Made by a program: the position numbers and the translations under genes
Notes under the pieces: generated by a model
Databases searched by the model: none
The model's input: only the letters and a program-made list of their open reading frames with translations
Told to the model about the DNA's origin: nothing
Assembly (NCBI GenBank): GCA_010909165.1
Contig: MU008176.1
Location: 612,856 to 676,855 of the forward strand
Origin: Anthoceros angustus
Lineage: Eukaryota; Plantae; Anthocerotophyta
DNA: 64,000 nt
Direction: 5' to 3'
Shown here: positions 36,127 through 49,499 of the stretch, in pieces
How the letters are laid out: each line of letters begins with the position of its first letter
How positions within the stretch are numbered: position 1 is the stretch's first letter

Positions 36127-36345
36127 CAAAGGCCAAGGAAGATAGTGGTACATATAGCATGTACACGACAACCTTGGCCTTTGGGATATTTGAAAGGAGG
36201 AAACATCATGCATGGTGTTTCCATGGCAAAGGCCAAGAAAGGTAGTGAGGCATTTACTACAAAAGACATGTCATCCTTGGCCTTTGGGATTTGTCAGAAA
36301 ATGGAACATCATGCATGATGTTTCAATCACCAAAGGCCAAGGAAG
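36127..36345. repeat. ~102-bp tandem units, each with an internal inverted repeat CAAAGGCCAAGG / CCTTGGCCTTTG
   Basis: Arms at 36127/36172, 36227/36275 and 36331. Confidence 0.8.
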
Positions 36346-36558
36346 TTAGTGCTACATATACTACAGTGTTGCCCTTCCCATATGTGTGTCGAGTTGGATG
36401 GCAGTAGATTTAAAGGTAAAACATCTTTAGGGTTTAGCGAAGGGACGCGATGTTAGAGCATGTGCACATATGCTATATCCATATATAGACATAAATATTA
36501 CATATGTCTTGTTCCTTGACTTTGGCCTATAGTAGGATGAGGACATGCTAGCATGAAA

Positions 36559-39500
36559 AGGTTGGTATATAATATATGGATATATATGTAGGAGAAGTTG
36601 AAAACCGATCATGTCGCAAGATGTGCTCGTGTTTTTCTTCCTCTATCCCTTGCAAAGCAAATTTTCCATGCATCTCGATAAAGTTCCTTGGCATATGCCT
36701 AAGGATCTTGCAGTAGCAATGGAAAAGCTTCTATTTTTTTTCCCTTTTCTATGTATCGCGAAGGGTTTTCCTTTATATGCATCAATGAAAAGGGTCCTTG
36801 CCTTTGGTAGAAGTGAATAATGTCTTCGCCTTGGAAAAGAGGTATATTATGTCTATATATGCTGAAAACACCGACACCGCATGATATGTGAGAAGTTGTG
36901 CTCTAGTTTTGCCTTCTTCTATCCTTCGTCGATGGCAATGTTTCCATGCATCATGAACAAAGTTCCTTGGGGCATGGGAATGAACTTTGTCCATGATGCA
37001 TGCGAAAACCTATTGTTTTGCCCTTGTATGCTTCTGGGTTTTCGTTGCATCATTGAAAATGGTCCTTGGCCTTTGGTAGAAGTGAATGGTAATGTCTTCA
37101 TCTTTGAACTAAGGTATATTATGTATGTCTATATATGCAAGAATAACCGTTAACGTGCATGATGATAGAAGTTGTGTTGTAGTTTTTCTTCCTTTCGCGC
37201 GCTTTTTTCCATGCATCACAGGAGTTCCTTGGCCTATGGCGAACTTTTCAGTGCATTGATTGCTTTCCATATTTTACCTTTTGTATGCTTCGTGCATCTT
37301 TCCATGCATGTGGGAAAAGGGTCCTTGGCCTTTGGTACATGTGACTATTAATGTTTTCGTCTTTGAACTGAGGTATATCATGTATGTCTATATATGCGTG
37401 AATAACACACACGCATGACATGGAAGTTTGTTTGGTTTTGTCTTGTATTCTTGCATGGCAATTTTTTTTCAATGCATCCTCGACAAAGTTCCTTGGCCCA
37501 TGGCGAATGAATTTTTCCCAGGATGCATTGAAAATTTGCCTTCTGTTTTTTCCCTTTCTGTATGCTTGGCCAATGTGTATGCTTGGCCCATGGAATTTTC
37601 TGTCGATGCATCAATGAAAAGGGTCCTTGGCCTATGGTACAAGTCAATGTTCATGACTTGGTCTTTGAAAATAGTTATATCATACATGGCTATATATGTA
37701 GGAATAACGTGGAAAACCAACATGGTGCTTGCGAAGTTGGTTTACGGTTTTCCCCTCCGCTATCCTAGCCCAATGGCAATGTTTGCATGCATCGTGGACA
37801 AAAATCCTTGGCCAAATGGCGAAGGACGTTTTCAGGATGCATGCTAACGCTGTCTGCATGACGCCAGGTTGTTGCATCCTTGAATCAAAGCGAGGCGAGC
37901 TAAGGCATGGGCTTGATAACTAGGTTTTAATCTGGAAGCAGTTGCCATAACTGTGATGAGGGTAGGTTACTGCGCATTTATGCGATTTCCGCATGGCGAA
38001 GGACATACGGATCGGTGTATAAATCACATGGAATAGCCCGAATGTGTATGCGGCAACACTATCACCGCACCCACGGTTGGGCAAGTACATGACAAATTGT
38101 TCTCAAGGTTGTGGAGTCCGAGTCACAGGCGACGGCAAACCGTCCGTCTACTGGGTTCCACACAACTTGAACGCGTTGGGAAGCCATCGAACTTGCTGTG
38201 ATGGAGCAGACGAATCTGGCCATACCAAGGGAAAGAAGCGAGCGCCGGCGAAGAATGGCGGAGGCGGGCGGGAATGAGGCGGCGGGTGACATAAACGACG
38301 GGTGGTGCAGCGCCACCACCCGGTGTATACATTGGTGTCCCTACTGAAAAGGGCACCCTATATTCTGATCGATGTTGCAATTTTTGTTACACTTCCACAT
38401 TGCAACATGTTTTGGAGGTTGGTATATAATATATGGATATATATGTAGGAGAAGTTGAAAACCGATCATGCCGTCACAAGATGTGCTGTGTTTTTCTTCC
38501 TCTATCCCTTGCAAAGGCAATTTTCCATGCATCGTCGATAAAGTTCCTTGGCATATGCCTAAGGATCTTTGTGCGTAATGGAAAAGCTTCTATTTTTTGC
38601 CCTTTTCTATGTATCGCGAAGGGTTTTCCTTTATATGCATCAATGAAAAGGGTCCTTGCACTTTGGTACAAGTGATGATAATGTCTTCGCCTTGGAAAAG
38701 AGGTATATTATGTTTCTATATGCAGAAAACACCGTATACCGCATGATATGTGAGAAGTTGTGCTCTAGTTTTGCCTTCTTCTATCCTTCGTCGATGGCAA
38801 TGTTTCCATGCATCATGAACAAAGTTCCTTGGGGCATGGGAATGAACTTTGTCCATGATGCATGCGAAAATTATTGTTTGCATGCTTGCAATGGGTTTTT
38901 TCAAGCATCATTGAAAATGGTCCTTGGCCTTTGGTAGAAGTGAATGGTAATGTCTTCATCTTTGAACTAAGGTATATTATGTATGTCTACATATGCAGGA
39001 ATAACACCGTTAACCTGCATGATATGAGACAAGATGTGTTGTAGATTTTTCTTCCTATAGCCTTCGCGCATCGCTTTTTTTCACTGCATCCTGGAAACAG
39101 TTTCTTGGCCTATGGCGAAGGAACTGTTTCTAGGTTGCATTGAAAAATTGCTTTCCATATTTTACCTTTTGTATGCTTCGTGCATCTTTCCAAGCATGTG
39201 GGAAAAGGGTCCTTGGCCTTTGGTACATGTGACTATTAATGTTTTCGTCTTTCAACTGAGGTATATCATGTATGTTCATATATGCGAATAACAACGTGAA
39301 ACTCGCATGACATGTGTTTTGTTTGGTTTTGTCTTCCGTAATCTTCGCAATGCAATGCATAAAGTTCCTTGGCCCATGGGAATTGATTTTTCCGTGATGC
39401 ATTGAAAATTTTCCTTGTTTTTTCGTATGCTTGGCCTATGTGTATGCTTGGCCAATGGAATTTTCTGTCGATGCATCAATGAAAAGGGTCCTTGGCCTAT

Positions 39501-40288
39501 GGTACAAGTCATTGTTCATGACCTGGTCTTTGAAAATAGTTATATCATACATGGCTATATATGTAGGAATAACGTGGAAAACCAACATGGTGCTTGCGAA
39601 GTTGGTTTACGGTTTTCCTCCGCTATCCTAGCTAAATGTTTGCATTGGCCACAAAAATCCTTGGCTGGCGGACGTTTTTCCGTGATGCATGCCAATACGC
39701 TGTCCCGCATGACCCACTGGTTGTTGCATCCTTGAATCAAAGTGGAGACAGAGGCAGCAGGTGGGCTTGTTAACTAGGTTTTAATCGCAGGAACCGCAGG
39801 TTGCCATAGCTTTGTGATGAGGGTAGGTTACCGCGGCATTTAATGCGATTTCCGGCATGGCGACATACGGGATCGGTGGTGTAAATCATGGAATAGCCCA
39901 ATGTATGCGGCAACACTATCACCGCACTCACGCGGTTGGGGTACATGACAAATTGTTCTCAAGGTTGTGGAGTCCGAGTCACAAGCGCCACGAACGGCAG
40001 AAACCCGTCCTCACGGGTTCCACAACGGTGTGAACGAATTGGGAAGCCACGAACTTGCCGGATGGTGGAACCGAATCTCACATACCAAGGGAAAGAGCGA
40101 GAAGCGCCGACCTAAGAATGGCGGAGGGGGCGAGGACAGTTGCTGACGATCAGCATGGGTGACGGCAGGCCGGCTCCCCGGTGTTGTATGAGGCGATTGG
40201 TGTCCCTAGAAAAGGGCACCCTATAATATACCGATGTTGCAATTTTTTTTGTTACACTTCCACATTGCAACATGTTTTGGAGGCTTGG
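36559..40288. repeat. Imperfect ~1.86-kb tandem duplication rich in (G/T)TCCTTGG motifs
   Basis: ggttggtatataatatatggatatatatgtaggagaagttgaaaaccgatcatg at ~36559 and ~38418; collinear to the end. Confidence 0.9.
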
Positions 40289-40367
40289 TATTAAGTTTGT
40301 TAGTTACATCCCCGTTTGGTGCGACCATCTTAACGAACACGGCACTCTCTCTTCCCACCTCCCCTTG

Positions 40368-42330
40368 GTACACCTCTCTCACAAGCATTGTTAATAATTT
40401 CCCACAGCCTTGTTATTACTGTGGTTGCAATTTTATGTACCACTTCCAACTTGCAACATGGTTTGATGGCTTGGTGTTAAGTTGGTCCATTCTTTCTCTT
40501 CCTTCTCCCACCATCCTAACACAATGCTTGGTCTCTCACTTCATGTACCACTTCAAAATTGCAAAACTCTATGGTGGCTTGGTGTTCATGGTGTCCTTTT
40601 CTTATCCACCTTCTCACCCCATCTTAACACAATACTTGGTCTCTCTCCTCTCACCTCACCCTCCTATTTATTGCCCCTTATCACACCCTTTTATACTCTT
40701 TCACTTCTCCTCCTCCTTCATGACCGTGAGAAGGACCTCCCTATCACAACCATTTTATACTCTTCCACTATTCCTCTTTCAACTTGCTTGTTACAATGAC
40801 CTCTCTCCGCCTGGGGTCCTTCCCTTCCTTTTACCTCCTTTGCATATACTCGATATATATATATGTTTGTAGGCTTCAAGACATAAGTATGTGTACATAT
40901 ATATGTACACATCCATCTCGTTATACTTCTATTATATTAGTGTATTTACATGCCTCTTTGTATATACGTATACGCATATATAGGCATCAAGACTTGTTTA
41001 TATAATAATATATAGCTAACCCTACGTCACTCTCATACCTTGCATATATCTAAGTGTTTGATTTTATTGACAATTTAAATCAATTTTTGGACACTTCAAG
41101 CCGCCCTCTATCCCTTGCGACTTGTTTCCACCGATGCAACACGAAATCCACGGATATGGGCATATGCGTCAAAGGCGTACCACCAACATGTGCCTCAATC
41201 GAAGCGGCGCGGCGTCACTTGGTGACTCTTCGACCAACATCGGTTGCCACCTCACGCTTTTGACACGGACGCAGGATCACGCCTTATTGGTGCTGCCATC
41301 ACACCTCGTGATCCCCACCATCACGTTTCCTAAGATCACTGACGGTGACGCCCCCCGTTGGCCCCTTCCTCCATCTTCCTTCTCTCCTTGGGTTACATGC
41401 CTTCCTTCACGACTGGCCTTCCCACCTCCCCTTACAGGTACACCCTCTCTCACAAGCATTGTTAATAATTTCCCACCTTATTCTGATCGTGTTGCAATTT
41501 TATGTACCACTTCCAACTTCCATGGTTTGATGGCTTGGTGTTAAGTTGGTCCATTCTTTCTCTTCCTTCTCCCACCATCCTAACACAATGCTTGGTCTCT
41601 CACTTCATGTACCACTTCAAAATTGCAACACTTTATGGTGGCTTGGTGTTCAAGGTGTCCTTTTCTTATCCACCTTCTCACCCCATCTTAACACAATACT
41701 TGGTCTCTCTCCTCTCACCTCACCCTCCTATTTATTGCCCCTTATCACACCCTTTTATACTCTTTCACTTCTCCTCCTCCTTCATGGTGAGAAGGACCTC
41801 CCTATCACCATTTTATACTCTTCCACTATTCCTCTTTCAACTTGCTTGTTACAATGACCTCTCTCCTGTCCTTCCCTTCCTTTTACCTCCTTTGCATATA
41901 CTCAATATACATATATATGTTTGTAGGCTTCAGACATAAGTATGTGTACATATTATGTACACATCCATCTCATTATACTTCTATTATATTAGTGTATTTA
42001 CATGCCTCTTTGTATACGTATATCTACGTATATATAGGCATCAAGACTTGTTTATATAATAATATATGTGTGCTAACCCTTACGTCACTCTCATACCTTA
42101 CATATCTAAGTGTTTGATTTTATTGACAATTTAAATCAAATTTTTGGACACTTCAAGCGTCCTCTATCCCTTGCGACTTGTTTCCCGATGCAATACTGAA
42201 ATCCACGATATGGGCATATGCGTCGGCGTGCACCACCAACATGTGCCTACGATCAAGCGGCGCGGCGTACTTGGTGACTCCTTGACTCAACATCCGGGTT
42301 GCCACCACTCACGCTTTTGACACCTGATCA
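40368..42330. repeat. Imperfect ~1.07-kb tandem duplication
   Basis: acacctctctcacaagcattgttaataatttcccac at ~40369 and the near-identical copy at ~41440; collinear downstream. Confidence 0.85.
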
Positions 42331-42439
42331 GGATACGCCTTATCAGTGCTGCCATCACACCTCCGTGATCCCTCCCACCATCGTTGCCTCGTGATCACTG
42401 ACGGTGACGCTCCCTGCTTGGCCCCTTCCTCCATCTTCC

Positions 42440-45300
42440 TTCTCTCCACCGGGTTCCGTGGCCTTCCTTCTCCGCATGCCTTCACCTTCCACAGTTTCCT
42501 TCCTTCTTCCCCTGAGTCATTTGCACGCATCACTTGACTCACGTCCTATATAGCAAAACCTACATATCACAGCCAAGCATTCCATTAACGCCGTCATGAC
42601 TATTTTACCACTCGATTACTCGGCATCTTTGTCAATCCATGCCTTGCTGCCCACTTCAACTCATCGAGGTTCGCTCCCTCCCAGCGTTGGACATACCGTT
42701 TCTCGAACTCCTTTGCTCCCCTCTTGGACCAAAGGGATTGTCCCATGCTCGTGCGCCATAATTCTTGCGGCGTTGCGGCGGCTTCTTTGTGGTGTTGGCC
42801 ATACACCACCATACGCTTAGCGTCACCACAGCTTGCCTGACCTTTCTCCATGCCTTTGTGCTCACATTAGGCGGATGCAGCCATTTTGCATCCTTCCCTT
42901 CTCCCTCCACGGAATTGCAGCTTGCACGCACCTTCTTGCCCACATTGTGGTTCCTTGTCCATGATGCACCTACAAACACAGCCACAATATCCTCGCGCTC
43001 TATACTTGCGACTCATACTCTACCTTCCTCACGGTCTTTCACCAAACTCTATTTGGCTCGACCATGGCATCATCACTCCATTTTGCACACTCAGCTCCAA
43101 CACACGCTGGTGAAGCCTTCCTCACTAAATCCTTCCTCATGGACGACTCTTCATCGCCTCCTCATTCTCTATCCACCCTCCATACATAACCGGCTCACAG
43201 CCATGTCACCTCCACCACGCCCATGCTTACTTTGCACAGCTGCGGCTATGACGCCCGTCTAATAGCTTCTGGGCCAGGTGCTGTCAATTCTCCAATTTCA
43301 TGTAGTGGTAGCAATGTAGTCGACATGTCTTCCTCAATCTCGACATCCGCCATCTCCACATCTTCCTCGCCTCCGCTGTCCCCATCCTCCCGGGCTGGTG
43401 TCCTCCCTCTCCACCGGGTTCCGTGGCCTTCCTTCTCCGCATGCCTTCACCTTCCACCCCTTCTTCCTCATACGCATCACTTCGTACCTCACGTCCTATA
43501 GCAAAACCTACATATCACAACCAAGCATTCCATTAACCGTCAACGACTATTTTACCACTCCAATACTCCATCAGTCCAATCCATGCCTTGCTGCCCACTT
43601 CAACTCATCCGTGGTTGCTCCCTCCCGCTGGACATACTGCTTTCTAACTCCTTGTTCCCACTGGACCAAAGGGATTGTCCCATGCTCGTGCTCGCAGTCT
43701 TGCGACCGGCGTTACAAGCTCTAATTATTGGCCATACACCACCATGCTTCTCAGCGCCACCACTTGCTGTTCCATGCCCTTCTCCATGCCTTGTGTTCAC
43801 ATTAGGGGATGCAGCCATTTTGCATCCTTCCCTCTCCCTCCATGAATTGCAGCTTGCCGCACCTTCTTGCCCACATTAGGTTCCTTGTCCGCATGCACCT
43901 ACAAACCTGGCCACAATATCCTCGCGCTCTATACTTGAAACTCATACTCTACCTTCCTCACGGTCTTTCACCAAACTCTATTTGGCTCGACCATGGCATC
44001 ATCACTCCATTTTGCACACTAGCTCCAACACACCGGTGGAAGGCCTTCCTCACTAAATCCTTCCTCATGGACGACTCTTCATCGCCTCCTCATTCTCTAT
44101 CCACCCTCCATCGCATAACCGGCTCACAGCCATGTACACTCCACCACGCCCATGCTTACTTTGCACAGCTGCGGCTATGACGCCCGTCTAATAGCTTCTG
44201 GGCCAGGTGCTGTCAATTCTCCAATTTCATGTGGTGGCAATGTAGTCGACATGTCTTCCTCAATCTCGACATCCGCCATCTCCACATCTTCCTCCTCGCC
44301 TCCGCTGTCCCCATCCTCCCGGGCTGGTGTCCTCCCTCTCCACCGGGTTCCGTGGCCTTCCTTCTCCGCATGCCTTCACCTTCCACCCCTTCTTCCTCAT
44401 ACGCATCACTTCGTACCTCACGTCCTATAGCAAAAACCTACATATCACAACCAAGCATTCCATTAACCGTCAACGACTATTTTACCACTCCAATACTCCA
44501 TCAGTCCAATCCATGCCTTGCTGCCCACTTCAACTCATCCGTGGTTGCTCCCCTCCCGCTGGACATACTGCTTTCTAACTCCTTGTTCCCACTGGACCAA
44601 AGGGATTGTCCCATGCTCGTGCTCGCAGTCTTGCGACCGGCGTTACAAGCTCTAATTATTGGCCATACACCACCATGCTTCTCAGCGCCACCACTTGCTG
44701 TTCCATGCCCTTCTCCATGCCTTTGTGCTCACATTAGGGGATGCAGCCATTTTGCATCCTTCCCCTTCTCCCTCCACAGAATTGCAGCTTGCCGCACCTT
44801 CTTGCCCACATTGTGGTTCCTTGTCCGCGATGCACCTACAAACCTGGCCACAATATCCTCGCGCTCTATACTTGGAAACTCATACTCTACCTTCCTCACC
44901 AGTCTTTCTCGCAAACTCTCGTCGTGGCTCGACCATGGCATCATCAGCTCCATTTTTGCACACTCGAGCTCCAACACCGGTGGAAGGCCTTCCTCACTGT
45001 CTTCCTCATCTGACGACTCTTCTCATCCGCCTCCTCATTCTCTACCCACCCTCCATCGCATAACCCCACAGCCATGTACACTCCACCACGCCCATGTAGC
45101 TTAGCACACTCTGGCATGACATCGCCTAATGGCTTACCGCCGTGTCTCAAAATTCTCCAATTTCATGTGGTGGCAATGTAGTCGCATGTCTTCCTCAATC
45201 TCAAAGATCCGCCATCTCCACATCTTCCTCCTCGCCTCCCCGGCCCATCCCCATCTCGAGCCTGTGTCCTCCTCCTCACCGCCTCCTCACCATCATAGGC
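42440..45300. repeat. Imperfect ~0.95-kb triplication
   Basis: ctctccaccgggttccgtggccttccttctccgcatgccttcaccttccac at ~42443, ~43407 and ~44336. Confidence 0.85.
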
Positions 45301-46080
45301 ATGCGCTCCTTGGCCCTCCTCCGCAACCCGCGTCCACCAGCAGACCAGTCTCCCTCCAATTGCAGAGTTTCCTCCCCTCAAAGGCTCCCCTCACCTTACG
45401 TTGTTGGGGGTTGTCGTCGCCATGCGGAGAAGGTCCACAAAACCTATGCCATCTCTCTCGGTAGCCACAGGGTCACCCTCTTGTGCACCACCACCATGCT
45501 CCTCAAGTTGGACACAGCCCTCTTGCTCCAGACTCACGCCAATGTCCTCGTTCCCTCCGGATGTCGCTGCCCTGGCAGATCCCTCCTCTGACAGCTTTGG
45601 AATCTCTCCTCCAGGAAACAGCTGTAGCGTTAGCACCCCAACTGTTGGAGAAACCGACTCCCCTTCCGGCCGCTTTCTTTGACCATCGGCCTCCTCTTCG
45701 GCAGCAGTCGCCACTCCTGTATGCAGTTGCTCCCCTCCGGCAACCTCCTCCTCTCTCGCCGCTTCCCGCTCCACGCCATGAGCATCCACCCTCTCAACTT
45801 CAGTGGAATCGGCATTCTCCACGACCGCGCCCACCTCACTTGCAGGCTTCCACCACATCCGGCCGGCTTCCATCCAGCTGATGGTGGGTCGCTGCGGCCG
45901 TACCATGTTGCATGCCTACAACTTTGTCTGCAAAGCTAGGTCACTAAGCTTCCGCAGCTGCGATCTCCTTGGCCTTGGCCCGGAGCAACAATCCTAGCCT
46001 TAATTTGTCCTTGGCCTATGGCCAAGGGCAAGGCTAAAGAGGCGGGTTTGCCTAAGAGGCGGACCCGGGACCAACAAACA

Positions 46081-46700
46081 GTGAAATCAAGATGGAAAAT
46101 TCTCCCAACTTTGGTAATGCAACGAACCACAAGAACCTCTAGGAGACAAAGACACCGAGGACAGTATGGCTGTCTATTAGAACAAGACAAACATCAACAA
46201 TCCGAGAATCCATGGTGGTGCCTACATATATAGGCAAAACCCCGAGTTCTCGATGAAGTGTCCACCGTATCGATGGTGGGCACTTTATAATCCTACTTTC
46301 CTTGGCCTTGAAATAATAATATTTTATGTGTTTAACAGCCTATTCGTCCTTTTCCTTGATTTATGATTTTATGTATTTTCTAATATAAATCACTATCTAT
46401 ATATGCGTCATTGCACCGCCTTACATGCATAACCATGCATATAGATTGCATGCGCCATGACACATCACACCCACATGTCCACATCACATGTCATCCTTCA
46501 TCTCCATACGTATGCATACATGGCATACATGGCATACATGTCATGTGCAGGCCATCCATGGGCCATGTACATGACATCATCAAGCACTTGACATCGGGGC
46601 TTATGCCGAGATGCTCCGATCGATATCTAGTCATTTCGACAGGCTTATGCCGGGATGCTCTAGTCGATATCCGGTCATAGAGTCTTAGGTGCTCTGTCTG
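46081..46700. repeat. LTR-like direct repeat (other copies ~47140-47435 partial, ~57217-57875, ~59445-60100, ~61590-61780 partial)
   Basis: gtgaaatcaagatggaaaattctcccaac...ctttataatcctactttccttggccttgaaataataatattttatg...catagagtcttaggtgc is shared between copies. Confidence 0.65.
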
Positions 46701-49287
46701 ACAAGCAGCGGTATGTGCGGCCGCATAGCGCATGCCTACCTAGCTTGTCTACAAAGCTAAGTCACTAAGCTCCGCTGCGATCTCCTTGGCCTTGGCCGAG
46801 CAACAATCCTAGCCTTAATTTGTCCTTGGCCTATGGCCAAGGGCAAGGCTACAAAAGTGGGTTTGCCTAAGAGACCGGGACGTGACGACCCCACAGGAGA
46901 GGCCTAGCCACGGTTTCCCACAAAATTGTTTAGACCATCTTGGCCTAGAAAACAAACAACTACTTACCAACGTCCCCACCATGAGCGTAGCTTGTCCAAC
47001 CGGGTGGTTACGCGAGGAGGAGGAATGGCGTCATCTTCTAGATCCTCATCATCGATGGGTCTTCTTGTGCCTCTGTTTGTCGTAATCTCATGGCGCTTGA
47101 ATCGGAGACATCAACTGTTCTTCCACAAAGCGCTTACATGCATACCATGCATATAGATTGCATGCGCCATGACACATCACCCGCCACATGTCCACATCAC
47201 ATGTCATCCTTCATCTCCATAATGCATACATGGCACACATGCATACATGGCATACATGTCATGTGCAGGCCATCCATGGGCCATGTACATGACATCATCA
47301 CACTTCGATCGTGGCTTATGCGAGATGCTCGATCGATATCTAGTCATTTCGATTCGGGCTTATGCCGGGATGCTCTAGTCGATATCGGTCATAGAGTCTT
47401 AGGTGCTCTGTTTCCCATACAAAGAATAAAGATGACATGTCGCGGCCGTGATAGCCGCATGCCTACCTAGCTTGTCTACAAAGCTAAGTCACTAAGCTCC
47501 ACTGCGATCTCCTTGGCCTTGGCCCAGAGCAACAATCCTAGCCTTAATTGTCCTTGGCCTATGGGCAAGGCTACAAAAGGCTGGGTTTGCCTAAGAGAGG
47601 CCCGGACCGGAAACTACAGGAAACTTGGAGCCACCGGTTTCCCACAAAATTGTTTAGACCATCTTGGCCTAGAAAACAAACAACTACCAACGTCCCCACC
47701 AGCGAGAACGTAGCTTGTCCAACAGACGGTGGTTCGCCCGAGGAGGAGGAATGGCGTCATCTTCTAGATCCTCATCATCGATGGGTCTTCTTGTGCCTCT
47801 GCTTAATCGTAATCTCGGGCGCTTGAATCGGAGAGATCCAACTGTTCTTCCACAAAGCGCTGCATCGAATCGGAAAAGGATGCACGCCATCGTCCGCATC
47901 CATGTCCATAAGCTTCTGTGTTGGATAATTGAAAAGCGGTAACTTACGAAGTGTAGATGTGCGGTGGCGAGCCTCCCGAGTTGAAAGCATTCTTCTCCTC
48001 TCGAGTCCAAGCACGATCAACATGAGGGGTCCTCAATTGTTGGTCGAATGTAAAGCCGAGGCCACCCTACCACATGATGCCACTCCGCGGATGGTGGAAA
48101 ACTCGAAACCACTCTTTGAGAAAAATCAAGCGAGGGTATGTGTCTCCCGTCAACGAACTCTGGCAACCTCATCCCATCAAACCATTGATGCATTTGGAAG
48201 TGATGCTGCAACTTCCTCCATGCACCCTCTCATAGCTTGTCCGGTCCGGGCAAGCGCTTGTGACCCAGCCGGAGCTCAAACAAATCCGGTGTTCCTGGGA
48301 TAATGCTCCACCCTCTGTCATGGTGCTCCTCAACATCTGATGAAAATGTGAAGCTCGTCATAACTTCCGGTGGAATACCTCGTTCCGGGTCATACTGGCG
48401 GGAGTAGAAGATGCTCCACTTACCCGCATCTTCGTCATCCACAAATTGGGGTCCCATCACGCAAACCTTGCTTGAGTTGGCGGTCATAGCACACCCGGAG
48501 GGCATGATTCCAAGATATCTCCACCTCGCTTGTGCGAGACCTCCTCCATGGGCTCATGCGGTGAGAACTACCAGCCCTAGGTGCAACCCTGGAATTTTCA
48601 GCACCTGATGAAGGCCGACATACATGCTGTACACAGTAGGATCGAGTGCGCTCCGGTTGCCTTGGCGGTGGCGGTTGCTCCCTTTGCTCTGCGAAGAGCG
48701 TGGTGTTCTCTGCTGCGCCGCACGGTGACCGCTCCTTGATTCGGGATCGGCTTGCCTCAAACTCCTGCTGGCTTTCCATGTTCGCCGACAAAGGATGCTT
48801 GCGTCGCCCCTCTTGCGCTTGATTGACGGTGGCACTTCCTCTTGGCTTCACCTTGTGGTGTGGATAGGGCGGTACGCCTTCTCCTATGCACGTATGAAAC
48901 GGGCGACCATGGCGCTCCTATCCAGCTCCAAGCATGAAACCACCTTTAGAAACACTGTGAGGAATTCTCAACCAGCACGCCCGATCGGCATGGCAAAGGT
49001 TCCTCTTCCAAAATGAGATGCTCCCTCAGCCGTGCCCAATTTGTCTCGTTTCCGTAGAATTAGACCCTTGTCGCATCCTCTGTACTCAATTCCTCTTTCA
49101 CAATTCCTTGCACATGCGAACGCTTAACAACTCATCGCCTTAGCATGTGCGATCCCATTTGTGAATTTGGCCCCAAGCATCTTGTGTCCTTCTTCACTGT
49201 ACATCAGCTTCTTTGTTTGACTTCCAACGTGTGTGAATTTAAGACAACCTCGGTACCACCTTACGAAGAGCCACGTTCACACTTAGC

Positions 49288-49420
49288 ACATTCTGATTGC
49301 TCACATAGCCATTCTCCTTCCGAACCTTGTCGGTCGGTTTGAGGCAAAGCAGATGGTAACCACGGTTACATCACATAGCAACATGAATTCTTAAATCGGT
49401 GTGTGCCCACACTCCTCACG
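49288..49420 (-). other. PHD finger remnant downstream of the integrase
   Basis: Cross-frame DLP.EECGHT..EFMLLCD..NRGYHLLCLKP..KV.EGEWLCEQSEC fits the C4HC3 PHD pattern (MLLCD.C..GYH..CL.P....P.GEW.C). Confidence 0.7.
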
Positions 49421-49499
49421 AGGCAAATCTGGTGGCGTCAGTCCGAGGCCGATTCGTGTATCCGGTCGGGCAAATGGCATGGAGCCAAATGCTTCATGT

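Larger units (their letters stand above)
40204..45300 (-). mobile_element. CACTA-like element with TnpA-like coding remnants on the minus strand and internal duplications
   Basis: Terminus CCCTAGAAAAGGGCA at 40204 (duplicate CCCTACTGAAAAGGGCA at 38339). Cross-frame peptide KDAKWLHPLMW...RARAWDNPFGPVG.RELEK.YVQRWEGA..DELKWAARHG is present about three times (42440-45300). The far end was not found. Confidence 0.5.

Noticed and set aside
4728-36438. TTTAGGGTTTAG words (4728, 36427) and AAACCCTAAA (~14758) as telomeric repeats
   Set aside because: Fewer than two units each; ordinary telo-box-like words.
13350-40900. Inverted homology 13.6-13.86 kb versus 40.2-40.4 kb as TIRs of one 27-kb element
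   Set aside because: Both are the same terminus of separate copies, with their TIR-like ends facing inward, so they cannot bound the intervening DNA.
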